DNA of 64,000 nt from the NCBI GenBank assembly GCA_963723515.1, contig CAVRQT010000003.1:128001-192000 (forward strand). Reading direction: 5' to 3'. The DNA is from Vulcanimicrobiota bacterium. Its GTDB lineage: Bacteria; Vulcanimicrobiota; Vulcanimicrobiia; Vulcanimicrobiales; Vulcanimicrobiaceae. The notes under the pieces are model-generated. The model made no database searches. It was not told the DNA's origin and was given only the letters and a program-made list of their open reading frames with translations. Made by a program: the position numbers and the translations under genes. Shown in pieces: positions 21,206 to 32,328 of the stretch; the first letter of the stretch is position 1; each line of letters starts with the position of its first letter.

Positions 21206-22698
21206 GCGCGTCCGTACAATCCGTAGATCACGAGACCGACGATCAACCAAACGATGAATCCAAACCACGGAGCGGGCACGCCGAACCACAACGGACTGCC
21301 GTACTGCAAGGACCAAATTAAGAATGCGGCACTCAACGCCGCGAGCGTCGGAATGAGGTACGGACCGAAGGGAACCGAGAAACCTTGCGTTCCGGGATAG
21401 CGCGCACGGATGATCGGCAGCGCGACCGAAACGAGAATGAACGCTACAAGCGTCCCCATATTCGTGAGCGCGCCGACGATCCCAATCGGAGTAAAGGCCG
21501 CCAGAAGCGCGATGAAGGCGGTAAAGATGATCGTGGACGTTCCCGGCGTGCGAAACCGCGTGTGAACGCGCGCGAAGACAGGTGGTAAGAGACGGTCGCG
21601 CGCCATCGCGAAGAACACTCGAACCTGGCCGAACATCATGACGAGCAGGACCGTCGTCAATCCAGCGATAGCGCCGAGCGAGATGATCGTGCTGGCCCAT
21701 CCAAGGTGGACCGAATCCATCGCAAACGCGACGGGCTGCGGTACGTTAAGCTTGGTATAGGGCACGATCCCTGTGAGGATCGCAACGACGATAATGTAGA
21801 GCACCGTGCAAACCACCAAACTGCCGATGATGCCGATCGGCAGATCGCGTTTGGGATTTTTCGTTTCCTCCGCAGCCGTGGAAACCGCATCGAAGCCGAT
21901 GTAAGCGAAGAAGATGAACGACGCGCCGCCGAGCATTCCGGTCACACCGAAAGGAAAATACGGCACCCAGTTGCCCTGATTGACGTGCCCGACTCCCAAA
22001 ATGATGAAAAAAAGCACGACCGCAACTTTGATCGATACGACGACATTGTTGAAGAGGGCCGATTCGCGAGTGCCGCGGTACAGCAGGAAGCCGATGAGCA
22101 CGATGATGCAAAACGCCGGCAGGTTTACTATGCCGGGTCCAGTTGTGACGCTGCCCCCCATGCCAATCGTCCAGTGGCTCGACGTAAACGCCGGCGGAAT
22201 GTTGATGTGCAGCGCGTTCTTGAGCAACGTAGCGAAATAGCCGGACCACCCGATACTCACCGTTGCGGCGCCGAGCGCATATTCCAGAACCAAGTCCCAT
22301 CCGATGATCCAAGCGATGAGCTCGCCGAGCGACGCGTATGCGAATGTGTACGCGCTGCCTGCGATCGGAACGCGGCTGGCCACCTCCGCGTAGCAAAGTG
22401 CGGCGAAGGCGCTGACGAGACCGGCGATGATAAAGGAAATCGTCAGGGACGGCCCGGCTCGGGTCGCCGCTGCTACCCCGGTCAGCACGAAGATTCCCGT
22501 GCCGATGATCGCACCGATGCCCATTGCGGTGAGCGATACTGGGCCTAGCGTGCGCTTGAGCGTCGCGCCGGTCGCCGGCGCGCCGGTAACGGGCGCACCG
22601 GTCGCTATCGATGTCGGTGCCGCTGCGGGCGACGGTACTGTTTCTCCGGCGCTCTCGGCGAGCAGGCGTTCCAAGGGCTTCACGCGTTTGAACAGCAT
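21166..22698 (-). CDS. APC-family amino acid permease
   Basis: GIGAIIGTGIF, AGSAYT, GWDLVLEY, FFAYIGFDAVSTAAEETKNP. Confidence 0.92.
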   Translation of the reverse strand: MLFKRVKPLERLLAESAGETVPSPAAAPTSIATGAPVTGAPATGATLKRTLGPVSLTAMGIGAIIGTGIFVLTGVAAATRAGPSLTISFIIAGLVSAFAALCYAEVASRVPIAGSAYTFAYASLGELIAWIIGWDLVLEYALGAATVSIGWSGYFATLLKNALHINIPPAFTSSHWTIGMGGSVTTGPGIVNLPAFCIIVLIGFLLYRGTRESALFNNVVVSIKVAVVLFFIILGVGHVNQGNWVPYFPFGVTGMLGGASFIFFAYIGFDAVSTAAEETKNPKRDLPIGIIGSLVVCTVLYIIVVAILTGIVPYTKLNVPQPVAFAMDSVHLGWASTIISLGAIAGLTTVLLVMMFGQVRVFFAMARDRLLPPVFARVHTRFRTPGTSTIIFTAFIALLAAFTPIGIVGALTNMGTLVAFILVSVALPIIRARYPGTQGFSVPFGPYLIPTLAALSAAFLIWSLQYGSPLWFGVPAPWFGFIVWLIVGLVIYGLYGRAHSAVGTEEATAA

Positions 22699-22820
22699 GA
22701 GGCGAAATATCGCGCTCCACCCAGCGGAAACCTCGTTCAACGTGCGCGGCATATAAAGAAAGCGAGCGTGATGTCGTCACGCTCGCTGTGCTTTAGAGGT
22801 TTCTCCGCTCTTACAAAGAG

Positions 22821-23234
22821 CTATGGCTTCGGCGGATGCGCCGGACGCACGTGGCGCACCATGTGCCGGTGTATCGTCATTGTGCCGCTTGTATCGGGAC
22901 CCGGATTACGCGCAAACTTCGAAAGCCAGCTCGGGCCGTTTGGATTATCGTTGAGCATATTGGTACCCGCCGGCTTTCCGTTGTACGTGGGAACGCCTGG
23001 ATTCATCGTCCCGCTCGGAGTTGTTGTGTTGGGCGTCGTGTTCGGGTTCGTCGTGGTCGTTGGAGTCGTGTTCATGTTCTGATCGGGACTCGATGTGTCG
23101 GTCGGCGCTGGGGTCTGTTGCGCTACTTGAAGCGTCGCTGCGCTTGAGGCTTTGGGAACCGCGCTCCAGCACATGAGTCCGATAAGCGCAACGGCAAAGG
23201 CCCCTGCCGCAACGCGAAGCAGTGAAATTCTCAT
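22821..23234 (-). CDS. Hypothetical secreted Thr/Pro/Asn-rich protein
   Basis: Signal peptide, GAGG RBS, low-complexity body, basic His-rich tail. Confidence 0.65.
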   Translation of the reverse strand: MRISLLRVAAGAFAVALIGLMCWSAVPKASSAATLQVAQQTPAPTDTSSPDQNMNTTPTTTTNPNTTPNTTTPSGTMNPGVPTYNGKPAGTNMLNDNPNGPSWLSKFARNPGPDTSGTMTIHRHMVRHVRPAHPPKP

Positions 23235-23338
23235 CTATTGATTTCCTCGCATGAAAAACGTTGGACTTCAGGCGTACCCGTTTCTGGTAGGAAGGCCACG
23301 CATCAGCCGCTCGGCTGGTTGGCAACCGGTGGGTTCAG

Positions 23339-24499
23339 TCAGCTTACATTGGCGGTGGCCGGAGCGAGAAACTCGCCATGCACGACCTTGCCGCCGACGA
23401 TCGTGCCGATCACGTCAAACGCGCCGTCCCAAATCGAAAGGTCAGCGCGCATGCCTTTGCCGATCAAGCCGATGTCGCGGGCGAGGCCAAGCATCTGCGC
23501 CGGAGCCTGCGTCGCAGCGCACACCGCCCGCTCGAACGGCAATTCCGTGTACTCCATATAGTTGCGAACGGCTTGATCGATCTTTAAGGCGCTTCCCGCG
23601 ACGGTGCCATCTTCGACGCGAACGAGTCCCCCTTCAATATGAAGCCCCGGACCGGAGGCCGGCATGTGATCGGTCGCAAGCACAACGCGGTCGCCGACCG
23701 TGCGCCGCAAGATGTCTACCATCGCCGGCGCGACATGGTAGCCGTCGCAAATAACTTGCACCGCAGTGCGACGATCTTGGATGAAGGCAGCAAGCAACGA
23801 CGGATCGCGATGATCCAACGGCGGCATCGCGTTGAAGGCGTGGGTCAAACTGCGAAAACCTAAACCGATGGCGAGCATGCCTTCGCGATAGCGCGCTGAC
23901 GTGTGGCCGGCGGAACAGACGACGCCGCGTTCCAGAAAAAACCGCGCAGCGTCCGTCGCGCCCTCGACTTCGGGCGCCATCGTCACCATGAGCACTGCGC
24001 CTTTGGAGGCATCATGCAATGTCCGCGCAGCATCAACGCTCGCCGGCCGGATCCATTCATGGCGATGCACCCGCCTGAATTTCGGATTGATGAACGGCCC
24101 TTCGAAGTGGATCCCGAGACATCGTGCTCCAATCGGTGCTGTTTCTTCGAGCGTGTGCGCGGCTTCAGCAATCTCCCCCGCGGCATGCAACATCGACTCC
24201 CATGGCGCGGTCATGACCGAAGCGACAAACGCTGTCGCGCCTTGCCGCGCGTATTCCAGCGATGCAACCGCGACCGCATTTCCTTGATCGCGGTTGAAGA
24301 GAAATTCGCCGGCGCCGTTGGTGTGGACATCGATTAGGCCGGGCGCGACGGTGGTCTCGGGCGGAAGCGTAAAATCGACCACTCCGTCTGGCGCCAAAAC
24401 CTCTGCGATCCTGCCGTGTTCGATGACAAGACGGCCATTAGCCAAAGATCCGTTTCCGAATGCGAGACGCGCTGGCCCAATGCAATAACGGTCCGGCAC
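23339..24499 (-). CDS. nagA: N-acetylglucosamine-6-phosphate deacetylase-like amidohydrolase
   Basis: PGLIDVHTNG, HFEGPFINP, AGHT, THAFNAM, DGYHV, AGSAL. Confidence 0.85.
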   Translation of the reverse strand: MPDRYCIGPARLAFGNGSLANGRLVIEHGRIAEVLAPDGVVDFTLPPETTVAPGLIDVHTNGAGEFLFNRDQGNAVAVASLEYARQGATAFVASVMTAPWESMLHAAGEIAEAAHTLEETAPIGARCLGIHFEGPFINPKFRRVHRHEWIRPASVDAARTLHDASKGAVLMVTMAPEVEGATDAARFFLERGVVCSAGHTSARYREGMLAIGLGFRSLTHAFNAMPPLDHRDPSLLAAFIQDRRTAVQVICDGYHVAPAMVDILRRTVGDRVVLATDHMPASGPGLHIEGGLVRVEDGTVAGSALKIDQAVRNYMEYTELPFERAVCAATQAPAQMLGLARDIGLIGKGMRADLSIWDGAFDVIGTIVGGKVVHGEFLAPATANVS

Positions 24500-24504
24500 T
24501 AGCT

Positions 24505-25854
24505 TCAGCTGCCGATCAGCGCGAGCGCTTCGTCGCGATGCTTCTCCATGAGTTCTTTCGTATCGCCTTCCACGTTGAGGCGCAGCAGCGGTTCGGTATT
24601 CGATGGCCGCACGTTCATCCACCAATGCGGATATGAAATCGTCACGCCGTCGAGGTGGTCGATTTGCGCATCTTTGTAATGTTCTTCGATCTGCTTGAGC
24701 TTCGCCGGAACATCTTCCACGTGGCTGTTGATCTCGCCCGAGCGAAACCGCGTGTCGATCGGCGCGATCACTTCGCTGACCTTCTTGTTTTGCTCGCTGA
24801 AAAGCTCAAGGCACTGCATGAGTGCAATCATTCCCGAGTCGGCGAACCAGTTATCTTTGAAGTAAAAGTGGCCGGAATGCTCACCGCCAAAGATCACGTC
24901 GTTCTCGCGCATCGTCTTCTTGATCAGCGAGTGGCCGACTTTGGACCGCAACGGCTTGCCGCCGGCGCGTTCGATAACTTCGGGAACGCTGCGACTACAG
25001 ATCAAGTTGTAGAGAATCGTTGCGCCCGGATGTCGCTTGAGCGTATTGAGCGCGACGATCGCGGTGACCATGTCGCCACCGATGAGATTCGCCTTCTCGT
25101 CGACGATGAACATCCGATCCGCATCGCCGTCGAACGCAGCGCCGAGATGGCAGTTGTACTTGAGGACGGCAGCTTGCAAATCGCGCATGTTTTCCGGTTC
25201 GATCGGGCTCGCCGGATGATTCGGGAAGCTGCCGTCGAGCTCGAAATAGAGCGGGATGACTTCGCAGGGCAGCCGCTTGAAGACGTGCGGCACCGTCTCG
25301 CCGGCCATTCCGTTGCCGGCATCGATTGCGATCCGAAACGGCTTGATCGCCGAGCGATCGACGAATGAAAGACAGTGTTCGGCGAAATCGTCGAGGATGT
25401 TGCGCGCCGTCACCGTTCCCGGCGTCGGCGCATCGGGCGGGAGGTCGCCCGAGAGAATGCGATCGCGCATCGTGGCAAGCCCAGTCTCGAGGGAGAGCGC
25501 TTGCGCTTCTTCGCGCGTGAATTTCATGCCGTTGTATTGCGCGGGATTGTGCGAGGCCGTGATCATGACGCCGCCGTCATAGCCATACTTGCCGACCGCG
25601 AAATAGAGTCCATCGGTTGAGGTCATTCCAACGTCGACAACGTTGGCGCCGGCGCGCGTAACACCGCGCGCGAACGCGGAGAATAAACGCTCGCCGGACG
25701 GTCGCATGTCGCGGGCAACAGCGAATGTTTTTGGACCGAGCAGGCCCACAAACGCCCGACCAATGTCGCATGCCACATCGTCGTTGAGTTCTGACGGATA
25801 AACGCCACGAACGTCGTAGCTCTTGAAAATTGAGGCGTTCAGCTTTGTCTGCAT
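24505..25854 (-). CDS. Phosphomannomutase/phosphoglucomutase
   Basis: FKSYDVRG, TASHNP, FDGDADR, GGEHSGH, RPSNTEP. Confidence 0.95.
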   Translation of the reverse strand: MQTKLNASIFKSYDVRGVYPSELNDDVACDIGRAFVGLLGPKTFAVARDMRPSGERLFSAFARGVTRAGANVVDVGMTSTDGLYFAVGKYGYDGGVMITASHNPAQYNGMKFTREEAQALSLETGLATMRDRILSGDLPPDAPTPGTVTARNILDDFAEHCLSFVDRSAIKPFRIAIDAGNGMAGETVPHVFKRLPCEVIPLYFELDGSFPNHPASPIEPENMRDLQAAVLKYNCHLGAAFDGDADRMFIVDEKANLIGGDMVTAIVALNTLKRHPGATILYNLICSRSVPEVIERAGGKPLRSKVGHSLIKKTMRENDVIFGGEHSGHFYFKDNWFADSGMIALMQCLELFSEQNKKVSEVIAPIDTRFRSGEINSHVEDVPAKLKQIEEHYKDAQIDHLDGVTISYPHWWMNVRPSNTEPLLRLNVEGDTKELMEKHRDEALALIGS

Positions 25855-25931
25855 CCGGTTCTCTTAACGCGCTTTCGGAGGTCCAAATCGTGAAACCTAT
25901 GCGGCGTTTTCAGCCGCAGCGGTAGGTCAGA

Positions 25932-27311
25932 TTGCGGAGCTTTCAGGAAGTGTTGCGAGGCGCCGGTGCATTGACCGCAACGGCGATCCTTGCCTTTGGA
26001 CTCTTCATTGCCGTAAACAGCACGCTCGCGACGCGCGCAACGATCCGTGCAGCATTCGACCGCGAGCGCCAGATTCAAAGCGCGCAGCTTGCGCTTTCCC
26101 AACTCTTGAAGTTGCAACTTGATGAAGAGACATCTGTGCGTGGTTATACGATCACACGCGAACCGGTCTTCCTCGACCCCTATTACTCCGCGAGCGTTCA
26201 ATTTCCACCGCTCGACCACGCCGTAGGCAGCGTTTTGAGGCAAGAGCACATGGATGAAGCGAGGGCGGCGCTCACGGAATTCGATCAGACACACGATGAG
26301 TGGCATCGGTTGGTCGCTGAGCCACTGATCGCCCATCCGAGCACTGCGTTCGCCGTCGACTTGGCGAAGCGTGGTAAGGCGCTCATCGACGCCGAACGCA
26401 ACGATGCCGCCGACATGCAGATGCTGCTCACGCAGCGCGACGATCTGCTCCGGCGCGAAACCCAAGATGAAATCAACCGTACAGGTTACTCCCGTGCCGG
26501 CTGGCTCGTCGCCTTCGGTTTGATTGCACTCCTTTTCAACGCCTACCAATCCCGGTTGACGCGAGAGCTCGAGCAAGAACGTACGACAACGGAGATCCTG
26601 CAGCGCGCATTCCAAAGCGAATTTGAACCGATCCCGCATGCGGATGTCGGCAGCGCCTACATTTCAGCCACGCGGCATGTTGCCGTTGGGGGCGATGTCT
26701 TTGATTTGTATCGCATGAGCGACCGGTTGGCGCTGATGTTGATTGCCGACGTCAGCGGAAAAGGCGTGGATGCGGCCGTCATCACTGCGTTCATTAAATT
26801 CACAATTCGCGGGATCGCGCTGCGGCGGCATGATCCGGCCGACATTCTCGCTGAATTCAACACCGCGTTCCAGCAAGCGGTCGCGAATCCCGATCTCTTC
26901 GTTTCAATGCTGGTAGGCGTGCTGGACGTTGAGAATCGCACGCTCACCTATGCAAGCGGCGGCCATGATTCCGCCTATTTGAGACGCGCAAAGGGTGCGG
27001 TGGAATCGTTGCCGGTGACGGGACCGATTCTCGGAGTGATGGAGCAGCCGTTTGCAAACCGGGTCGTGCAGCTCGAGCCGGGCGACGTGCTGCTGCTGGC
27101 GACCGATGGCTTGACCGAATCGCGCGACCGGCAAGGACAGCAGTTGAATGAAAGCGGCGTCCTCTCTTGGTTAGCGCAGGCAGATGGCGGCCCGCAGCAG
27201 ATAGTCGATCGATTCATTGCGCGCGTACGCAAACGTACCAGCAATCGGTTGAGCGATGATCTCGCGATGCTGGCAATTCGTATGAACGGTGATGGGGCTT
27301 CTGTTGCTTAA
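25932..27311 (+). CDS. Membrane CHASE3-like sensor with SpoIIE/RsbU PP2C phosphatase domain
   Basis: Two TM segments flanking LDEETSVRGY, then VGGDVFD, ADVSGKG, ATDGLTE, SDDLAML. Confidence 0.88.
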   Translation: MRSFQEVLRGAGALTATAILAFGLFIAVNSTLATRATIRAAFDRERQIQSAQLALSQLLKLQLDEETSVRGYTITREPVFLDPYYSASVQFPPLDHAVGSVLRQEHMDEARAALTEFDQTHDEWHRLVAEPLIAHPSTAFAVDLAKRGKALIDAERNDAADMQMLLTQRDDLLRRETQDEINRTGYSRAGWLVAFGLIALLFNAYQSRLTRELEQERTTTEILQRAFQSEFEPIPHADVGSAYISATRHVAVGGDVFDLYRMSDRLALMLIADVSGKGVDAAVITAFIKFTIRGIALRRHDPADILAEFNTAFQQAVANPDLFVSMLVGVLDVENRTLTYASGGHDSAYLRRAKGAVESLPVTGPILGVMEQPFANRVVQLEPGDVLLLATDGLTESRDRQGQQLNESGVLSWLAQADGGPQQIVDRFIARVRKRTSNRLSDDLAMLAIRMNGDGASVA

Positions 27312-27708
27312 GCGCTCCGTCTTATTCTTGACGATCGTGGTGCTTTTGCCGATCGCCTCGCAGGCGGATTGTTCCAATATGCCGGGTAGCCAAATCGCGT
27401 TGTTTTCGAGCAATTACGACCCGGATGTCCTCGTTTGGGACACGCGTCGCCGTCTCTTGAGCTACGCAAGCGACTCGTATCGCCTTGCCAAGCTCCTACT
27501 GCCGCATGCGATCCTTGCGCGCGCCGGTACGCTGGCGGTCGTGACGTTGTGTCAACGCAACGCGATTCGTCAAAAATTTCACACGTCGCCGAGCGACGTC
27601 GTCAACGTGCGCATGACAAACGGCGAATATCGCGGCCGCTCCGGGTGGGTGATGGTGGACGACGTTCACGTCATTGGTGATCGCGCGACGCACCGGCGTC
27701 ATCCTTAG
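27304..27708 (+). CDS. Hypothetical secreted protein
   Basis: Signal-peptide-like N-terminus overlapping the upstream stop. Confidence 0.55.
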   Translation: MLKRSVLFLTIVVLLPIASQADCSNMPGSQIALFSSNYDPDVLVWDTRRRLLSYASDSYRLAKLLLPHAILARAGTLAVVTLCQRNAIRQKFHTSPSDVVNVRMTNGEYRGRSGWVMVDDVHVIGDRATHRRHP

Positions 27709-27744
27709 TAGGGCTATCCGGACTGCGGCGGGTATAGCGGCGAT

Positions 27745-28602
27745 ATGGTCGTTGCAACGCGAGAGAAGCTCACCGGCCTGGAATTGCACGCGAATTCCGT
27801 GCGTCAAAACATCATTCGTTCGCTGCTTTCCGCCGGTTCCGGTCACTCCGCCGGACCGCTCGACATGGCCGACATCTTCACGGCGCTCTATTTTGAAATA
27901 TTGCGACACGATCCGAAAAATCCGCAATGGGAAGATCGCGATCGTTTGCTGCTCTCCTGCGGTCACATCGCGCCGGTTCGTTATGCCGCGATGGCCGAAG
28001 CCGGTTACTTTCCAACCGAAGAGCTGCTCACGCTCCGAAAATTTGGGACACGGCTTCAAGGGCACCCCGAGCGCGTGCGATTGCCGGCCGTTGAGACGAC
28101 CTCAGGTCCGCTGGGCGAAGGGCTCGCACAGGGAACCGGCATGGCCGTCGCCGCCAAGCTGGACCAGAAGAGCTGGCGCGTGTACGTCGTTACATCGGAT
28201 GCCGAGCACCAATGCGGACTGCATTGGGAAGCGGTCATGACGGCGGGCAAGTTCCGGCTCGATAATCTCATGAACATCATCGACCGCAACTTCATTCAGA
28301 TCGACGGCAATACGGAGGCCGTCATGCCGCTGGAGCCGCTCGCGGACAAATACCGCAGCTTCAATTGGGAAGTCTTTGAATGCGACGGTAACGACATCGC
28401 CGAGTTCTTAGCGACCGTCGAGCGCGCGCAGAAGATCAAAGATCGTCCGAGCGTCATCATCGCGCACACGATCCCCGGCAAAGGCGTCTCGTACATGGAA
28501 GGCGATTACACGTGGCACGGTAAGCCGCCGAATAAGGAGCAGGCCGACCAAGCATTGCGCGAATTGCAAGCCGAGCGCGAGCGGATCATCGCGCGTGGCT
28601 AA
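27745..28602 (+). CDS. Transketolase, N-terminal subunit
   Basis: AGSGH, DRDRLLLSCGH, LQGHP, TSGPLGEG, PGKGVSYME..WHGK. Confidence 0.92.
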   Translation: MVVATREKLTGLELHANSVRQNIIRSLLSAGSGHSAGPLDMADIFTALYFEILRHDPKNPQWEDRDRLLLSCGHIAPVRYAAMAEAGYFPTEELLTLRKFGTRLQGHPERVRLPAVETTSGPLGEGLAQGTGMAVAAKLDQKSWRVYVVTSDAEHQCGLHWEAVMTAGKFRLDNLMNIIDRNFIQIDGNTEAVMPLEPLADKYRSFNWEVFECDGNDIAEFLATVERAQKIKDRPSVIIAHTIPGKGVSYMEGDYTWHGKPPNKEQADQALRELQAERERIIARG

Positions 28603-29598
28603 GACGATCGATGCTGCCGCGACGATGCAGCTCGTCAACTACCTGAGAATGCGGAGATCAAGCAAGTCCCGACGCGTAACGGCTTCGGCGAAGGATTGAT
28701 CGAAGCCGGAAAAAGCGATCGCAATGTGATTGGCATTTGCGCCGATCTCTCGGAATCGACGCGCATGGAAGGCTTCAAAAAGGCCTTGCCGGAGCAGTAC
28801 ATCGAGATCGGTGTCTCGGAGCAGTTGCTCGTCGCGATGGCGGCGGGTCTCGCGAGTACCGGAAAAATTCCCTTCATCGCAAGCTACGCGATGTTCAATC
28901 CCGGGCGTTCCTGGGAGCAAGTTCGCACGACAATGGCGCTCAACGAGACGAACGTCAAGATTGCCGGTGCACACGCCGGCGTCTCGGTCGGACCGGACGG
29001 TGCGACGCACCAAGCGATCGAGGATATCGCAATCATGCGCGTGATTCCAAACATGACGGTCGTCGTGCCGTGCGATTCGGCGCAAACGAAGAAAGCGACG
29101 CTCGCAGTCGCCGAGCGTTGGGGACCGACGTATTTGCGGTTCGGCCGTGAAAAATCGGCGGTCATTACGACCGAAGCAACACCGTTTGAAATCGGCAAGG
29201 CGCAGGTCTTCCGCGAAGGCAACGACGTCGCGATCGTCGCCTGCGGCATTCTCGTCTACAATGCACTGATTGCCGCCCATCAACTCCAACAGGAAGACGG
29301 CGTCGACTGCACGGTCGTCAACAACCATACGGTCAAACCGATGGACGATCCGTTGATCTTGGAGGTTGCGCGGCGTTGCCATACCGTCGTCACCGTCGAA
29401 GAGCATCAGCAGGCGGCCGGAATGGGCTCGCGCGTGGCAGAGCTTTTGGCGCGCGAACATCCGGTGCCGATCGAGTTTGTCGGCGTGGCCGATGCGTTCG
29501 GGCAATCGGGCGACCCGATGGAATTGATCGAGTATTACGGCATGGGGACCAACTCAATCAAAGAGGCGGTTCGCCGCGCCTACGCGCGCCGGCACTAA
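28595..29598 (+). CDS. Transketolase, C-terminal subunit (frameshift near 28645)
   Basis: TRNGFG, GVSEQ, VGPDGATHQAIED, YLRFGR, TVEEHQ, FGQSG. Confidence 0.92.
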
Positions 29599-29602
29599 CA
29601 CA

Positions 29603-30559
29603 ATCACAGCGCTCCGCAGCCTCGCGGTCGTAACGCTCGCCGTTATACTGTTGGCTGCCGCGCCGGCGTGGCATGAAGAAAACGCTTCCGTCGTTGTGCC
29701 GGGCGGAATGCTTTCGGGCACGTTGACGATTCCCTCAGGCAACGGACCGTTTCCGGTTGCGCTTGTCATTGCCGGTTCCGGCCCGACGGATCGTGATGGA
29801 AATGGACCTTTGGCGCGTACCGACGCGTACAAATTGTTAGCCCACGAACTCGCCAATCGCGGGATCGCGACGCTGCGTTACGACAAACGCACCGTCGGGA
29901 CGAAGCGTTATGCCGGGCATTCATGAAGCGGACCTGCGTTTCGATATGTTCGTTGATGACGCGCTTGCCTGGCTGGCGTTTCTGCGGCACGACCCGCGGT
30001 TCAAGACGATATCGATCGTCGGGCACAGCGAAGGCTCGTTGATCGGCATGTTGGCCGCGCAACGCGACGGCAATGTCGATTCCTTCGTTTCGCTTGAGGG
30101 CGCGTGGCCGCAACGCGGCCGATGTGCTGGTCGAACAGGCGCGCGAAGGAGGTGACGCGAGCGTCGTTGCGACGGTGCAGCAGATCACGAGCGATTTGCG
30201 CGCCGGCAAAACCGTTAGCAACGTCGATCCGTCGCTTTATCTGTCATATCGGCCGAGCGTTCAGCCCTATCTCATCTCTTGGTTCCGATACGATCCGGCG
30301 ACCGAAATCGCCAAGCTCCATTTGCCGGTTTTGATCGTCCAAGGCACAACCGATTTTCAGGTCGGTCGTCGATCGATGCGCAGCGCTTGAAAGCAGCCGA
30401 TCCGGCGGCGAAGTTAGCCTCATTAACGGGATGAATCACATTTTGCGCACTGCCCCCGCCGACCGAACAGCAAACATTGCGACCTATAATCAGCCGTCAC
30501 TGCCGCTCGAACCCGAACTCGTTGACGCGGTTGCGGGCTTTATCACCAATCCGCGTTAG
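29603..30559 (+). CDS. Secreted alpha/beta hydrolase (several frameshifts; start uncertain)
   Basis: AGSGPTDRDGN, RYDKR, GHSEG nucleophile motif, QGTTDFQV, GMNHIL. Confidence 0.8.
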
Positions 30560-31324
30560 GCTTCGGAAAGACTCGCACCGAGCCGTCCGCTAAGCGGATC
30601 GATTCCATCGGCAAACCGTAGGCCCGTCTTCGAGGACGTGCGTCTCAGTGAAATCGCGCGTCGTTGCCGTCGAGAGCACACTGCCCTCGCCTAATACGAC
30701 GATCCGGTCCGCAAACTCGAGCGCTTCGTTGAGCTCATGAAGGACGCAGACAATCGATCTTCCTGACGCCCGCTGTTCGCGCAAGAGCGCAAGAATATCG
30801 CGTGCGACATGGACGTCCAAATGATTCGTCGGCTCATCCAGCAGCATGACCTGCGGCTCTTGCGCTAACGCGAGCGCAATCCAGCAGCGTTGGCGTTCGC
30901 CGCTGGAGAGCGTCACGAAGAGCCGATGTGAGAAATCGCGCAAGCGGACGGCCTCCAATGCCGCCTCGATTGCGCGCGAATCTTCCGGCGTCTCGCGCCA
31001 ATTGAACCACGCATGATGCGCGTAGCGGCCATTGGCGACGACGTCGCGGACGTTGAGCATCTCCAGCATCAGTTCATCGCTTGCGACATAGGAGATGGCA
31101 CGGGCGCGTTCGGTCGCGGAATAATCGGCTATTGTTCGGCCACCGATCTCAACGACGCCGCTGTAGTCGCGATGCAATCCGCAGAGCGTGCGCAGGAGCG
31201 TCGTCTTTCCGACGCCGTTTCGTCCTAGAATGGCGACGAACTCGCCATCGTCCACCGTAAGATTGAGATGCTTGAGTAACGTCCGCGCTGCGATGCGAAT
31301 TTCCAAGTCGCCGACGACGATCAT
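30543..31324 (-). CDS. ABC transporter ATP-binding subunit, BtuD/FecE-like (frameshift near the C-terminus)
   Basis: GRNGVGKTT, LSSGERQR, LLDEPTNHLD. Confidence 0.88.
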
Positions 31325-32303
31325 ACTTGCACGAGCGCGCTGTCGCGAAAGTAAAGGTAGAGAAACGCCGGCACGCCGATGCACGCCAAGAGAACGCTCA
31401 GCGGAATTTCGATGGGAGCGAACAGCGAACGACTTGCAGCGTCCGCAAGCGTCATGAAGGCCGAGCCACAGAGCGCGCTGAGCGGCAAGACAACCCGCAT
31501 ATCGGATCCGCCGATGCGCCGCGCAATATGCGGCACGATGAGTCCAACGAAGCCGACGATGCCGCTGAGCGCGACGGCGCTTGCCGTTAAGAGCGCGGCG
31601 GACCCGAGGGTGATCCATTGCGCCCGATCGACCTTCACGCCAAGCGCGGCTGCGCGCATGTCGCCGAGGCGCAGAACGTTGAGCGCCGGCACTGCGATCG
31701 TCGCGCCGACCGTGCCGACAACCAAGTATGGCACCGTCCACTGTAGATCGTGCCACGTTCTTCCTGCTAGGGAGCCGGCGAGCCACGAGATGATCGTCTC
31801 GGCGTAGCCGCCTTGTTGAAGGCGCGTGAGCACGAGCGCGACGATTGCCGAAAAGAGCGCCGACAACGAAACACCGGCCAAGATCAAGCGGTTCGCGTCC
31901 AGACCACTGCCGCGACGCGCCAGCGTTGCAACAAGAATCGCCGCGCCCAGACCCGCGCAGAAGCCGAACGCCGGAACGAATGGCGCCGCGATGCCTGAGG
32001 CGACCGCAATGGCAATCGCAGCCGCCGCACCGGCGCTGACGCCGGTCAAATACGGATCGACGAGCGGATTGCGCAGCATCCCTTGCAAATGGCGCCCGAG
32101 ATGCCAAGCGCCGCGCCGACGATCGAGGCAAGGATTGCACGCGGCAGCCGTAAGCTCCACAAAATCGTCGCTGCGTCGCTTCCGGAGTTCGGATGTTCGA
32201 GCGCCAGCAGCAGGTCGTGCAGCGAGATTTGCGTCGCGCCGACCATTCCTCCGATCAAAATCGCGATAACGAGCGCGAAAATTGCTGCGCCTAGCCGCAG
32301 CAT
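31321..32303 (-). CDS. FecCD/BtuC-family ABC permease (one frameshift)
   Basis: LRLPRAI, LRNPLVDPYLTGVSAGA, GFVGLIVPHIAR. Confidence 0.9.
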
Positions 32304-32328
32304 CACATAAGCGGCCGTGCTCGCCGGC

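Noticed and set aside
23015..23075. Repetitive GTT/GTC/GTG tract
   Set aside because: It is explained by the Thr/Asn/Pro low-complexity linker of the secreted protein on the minus strand.
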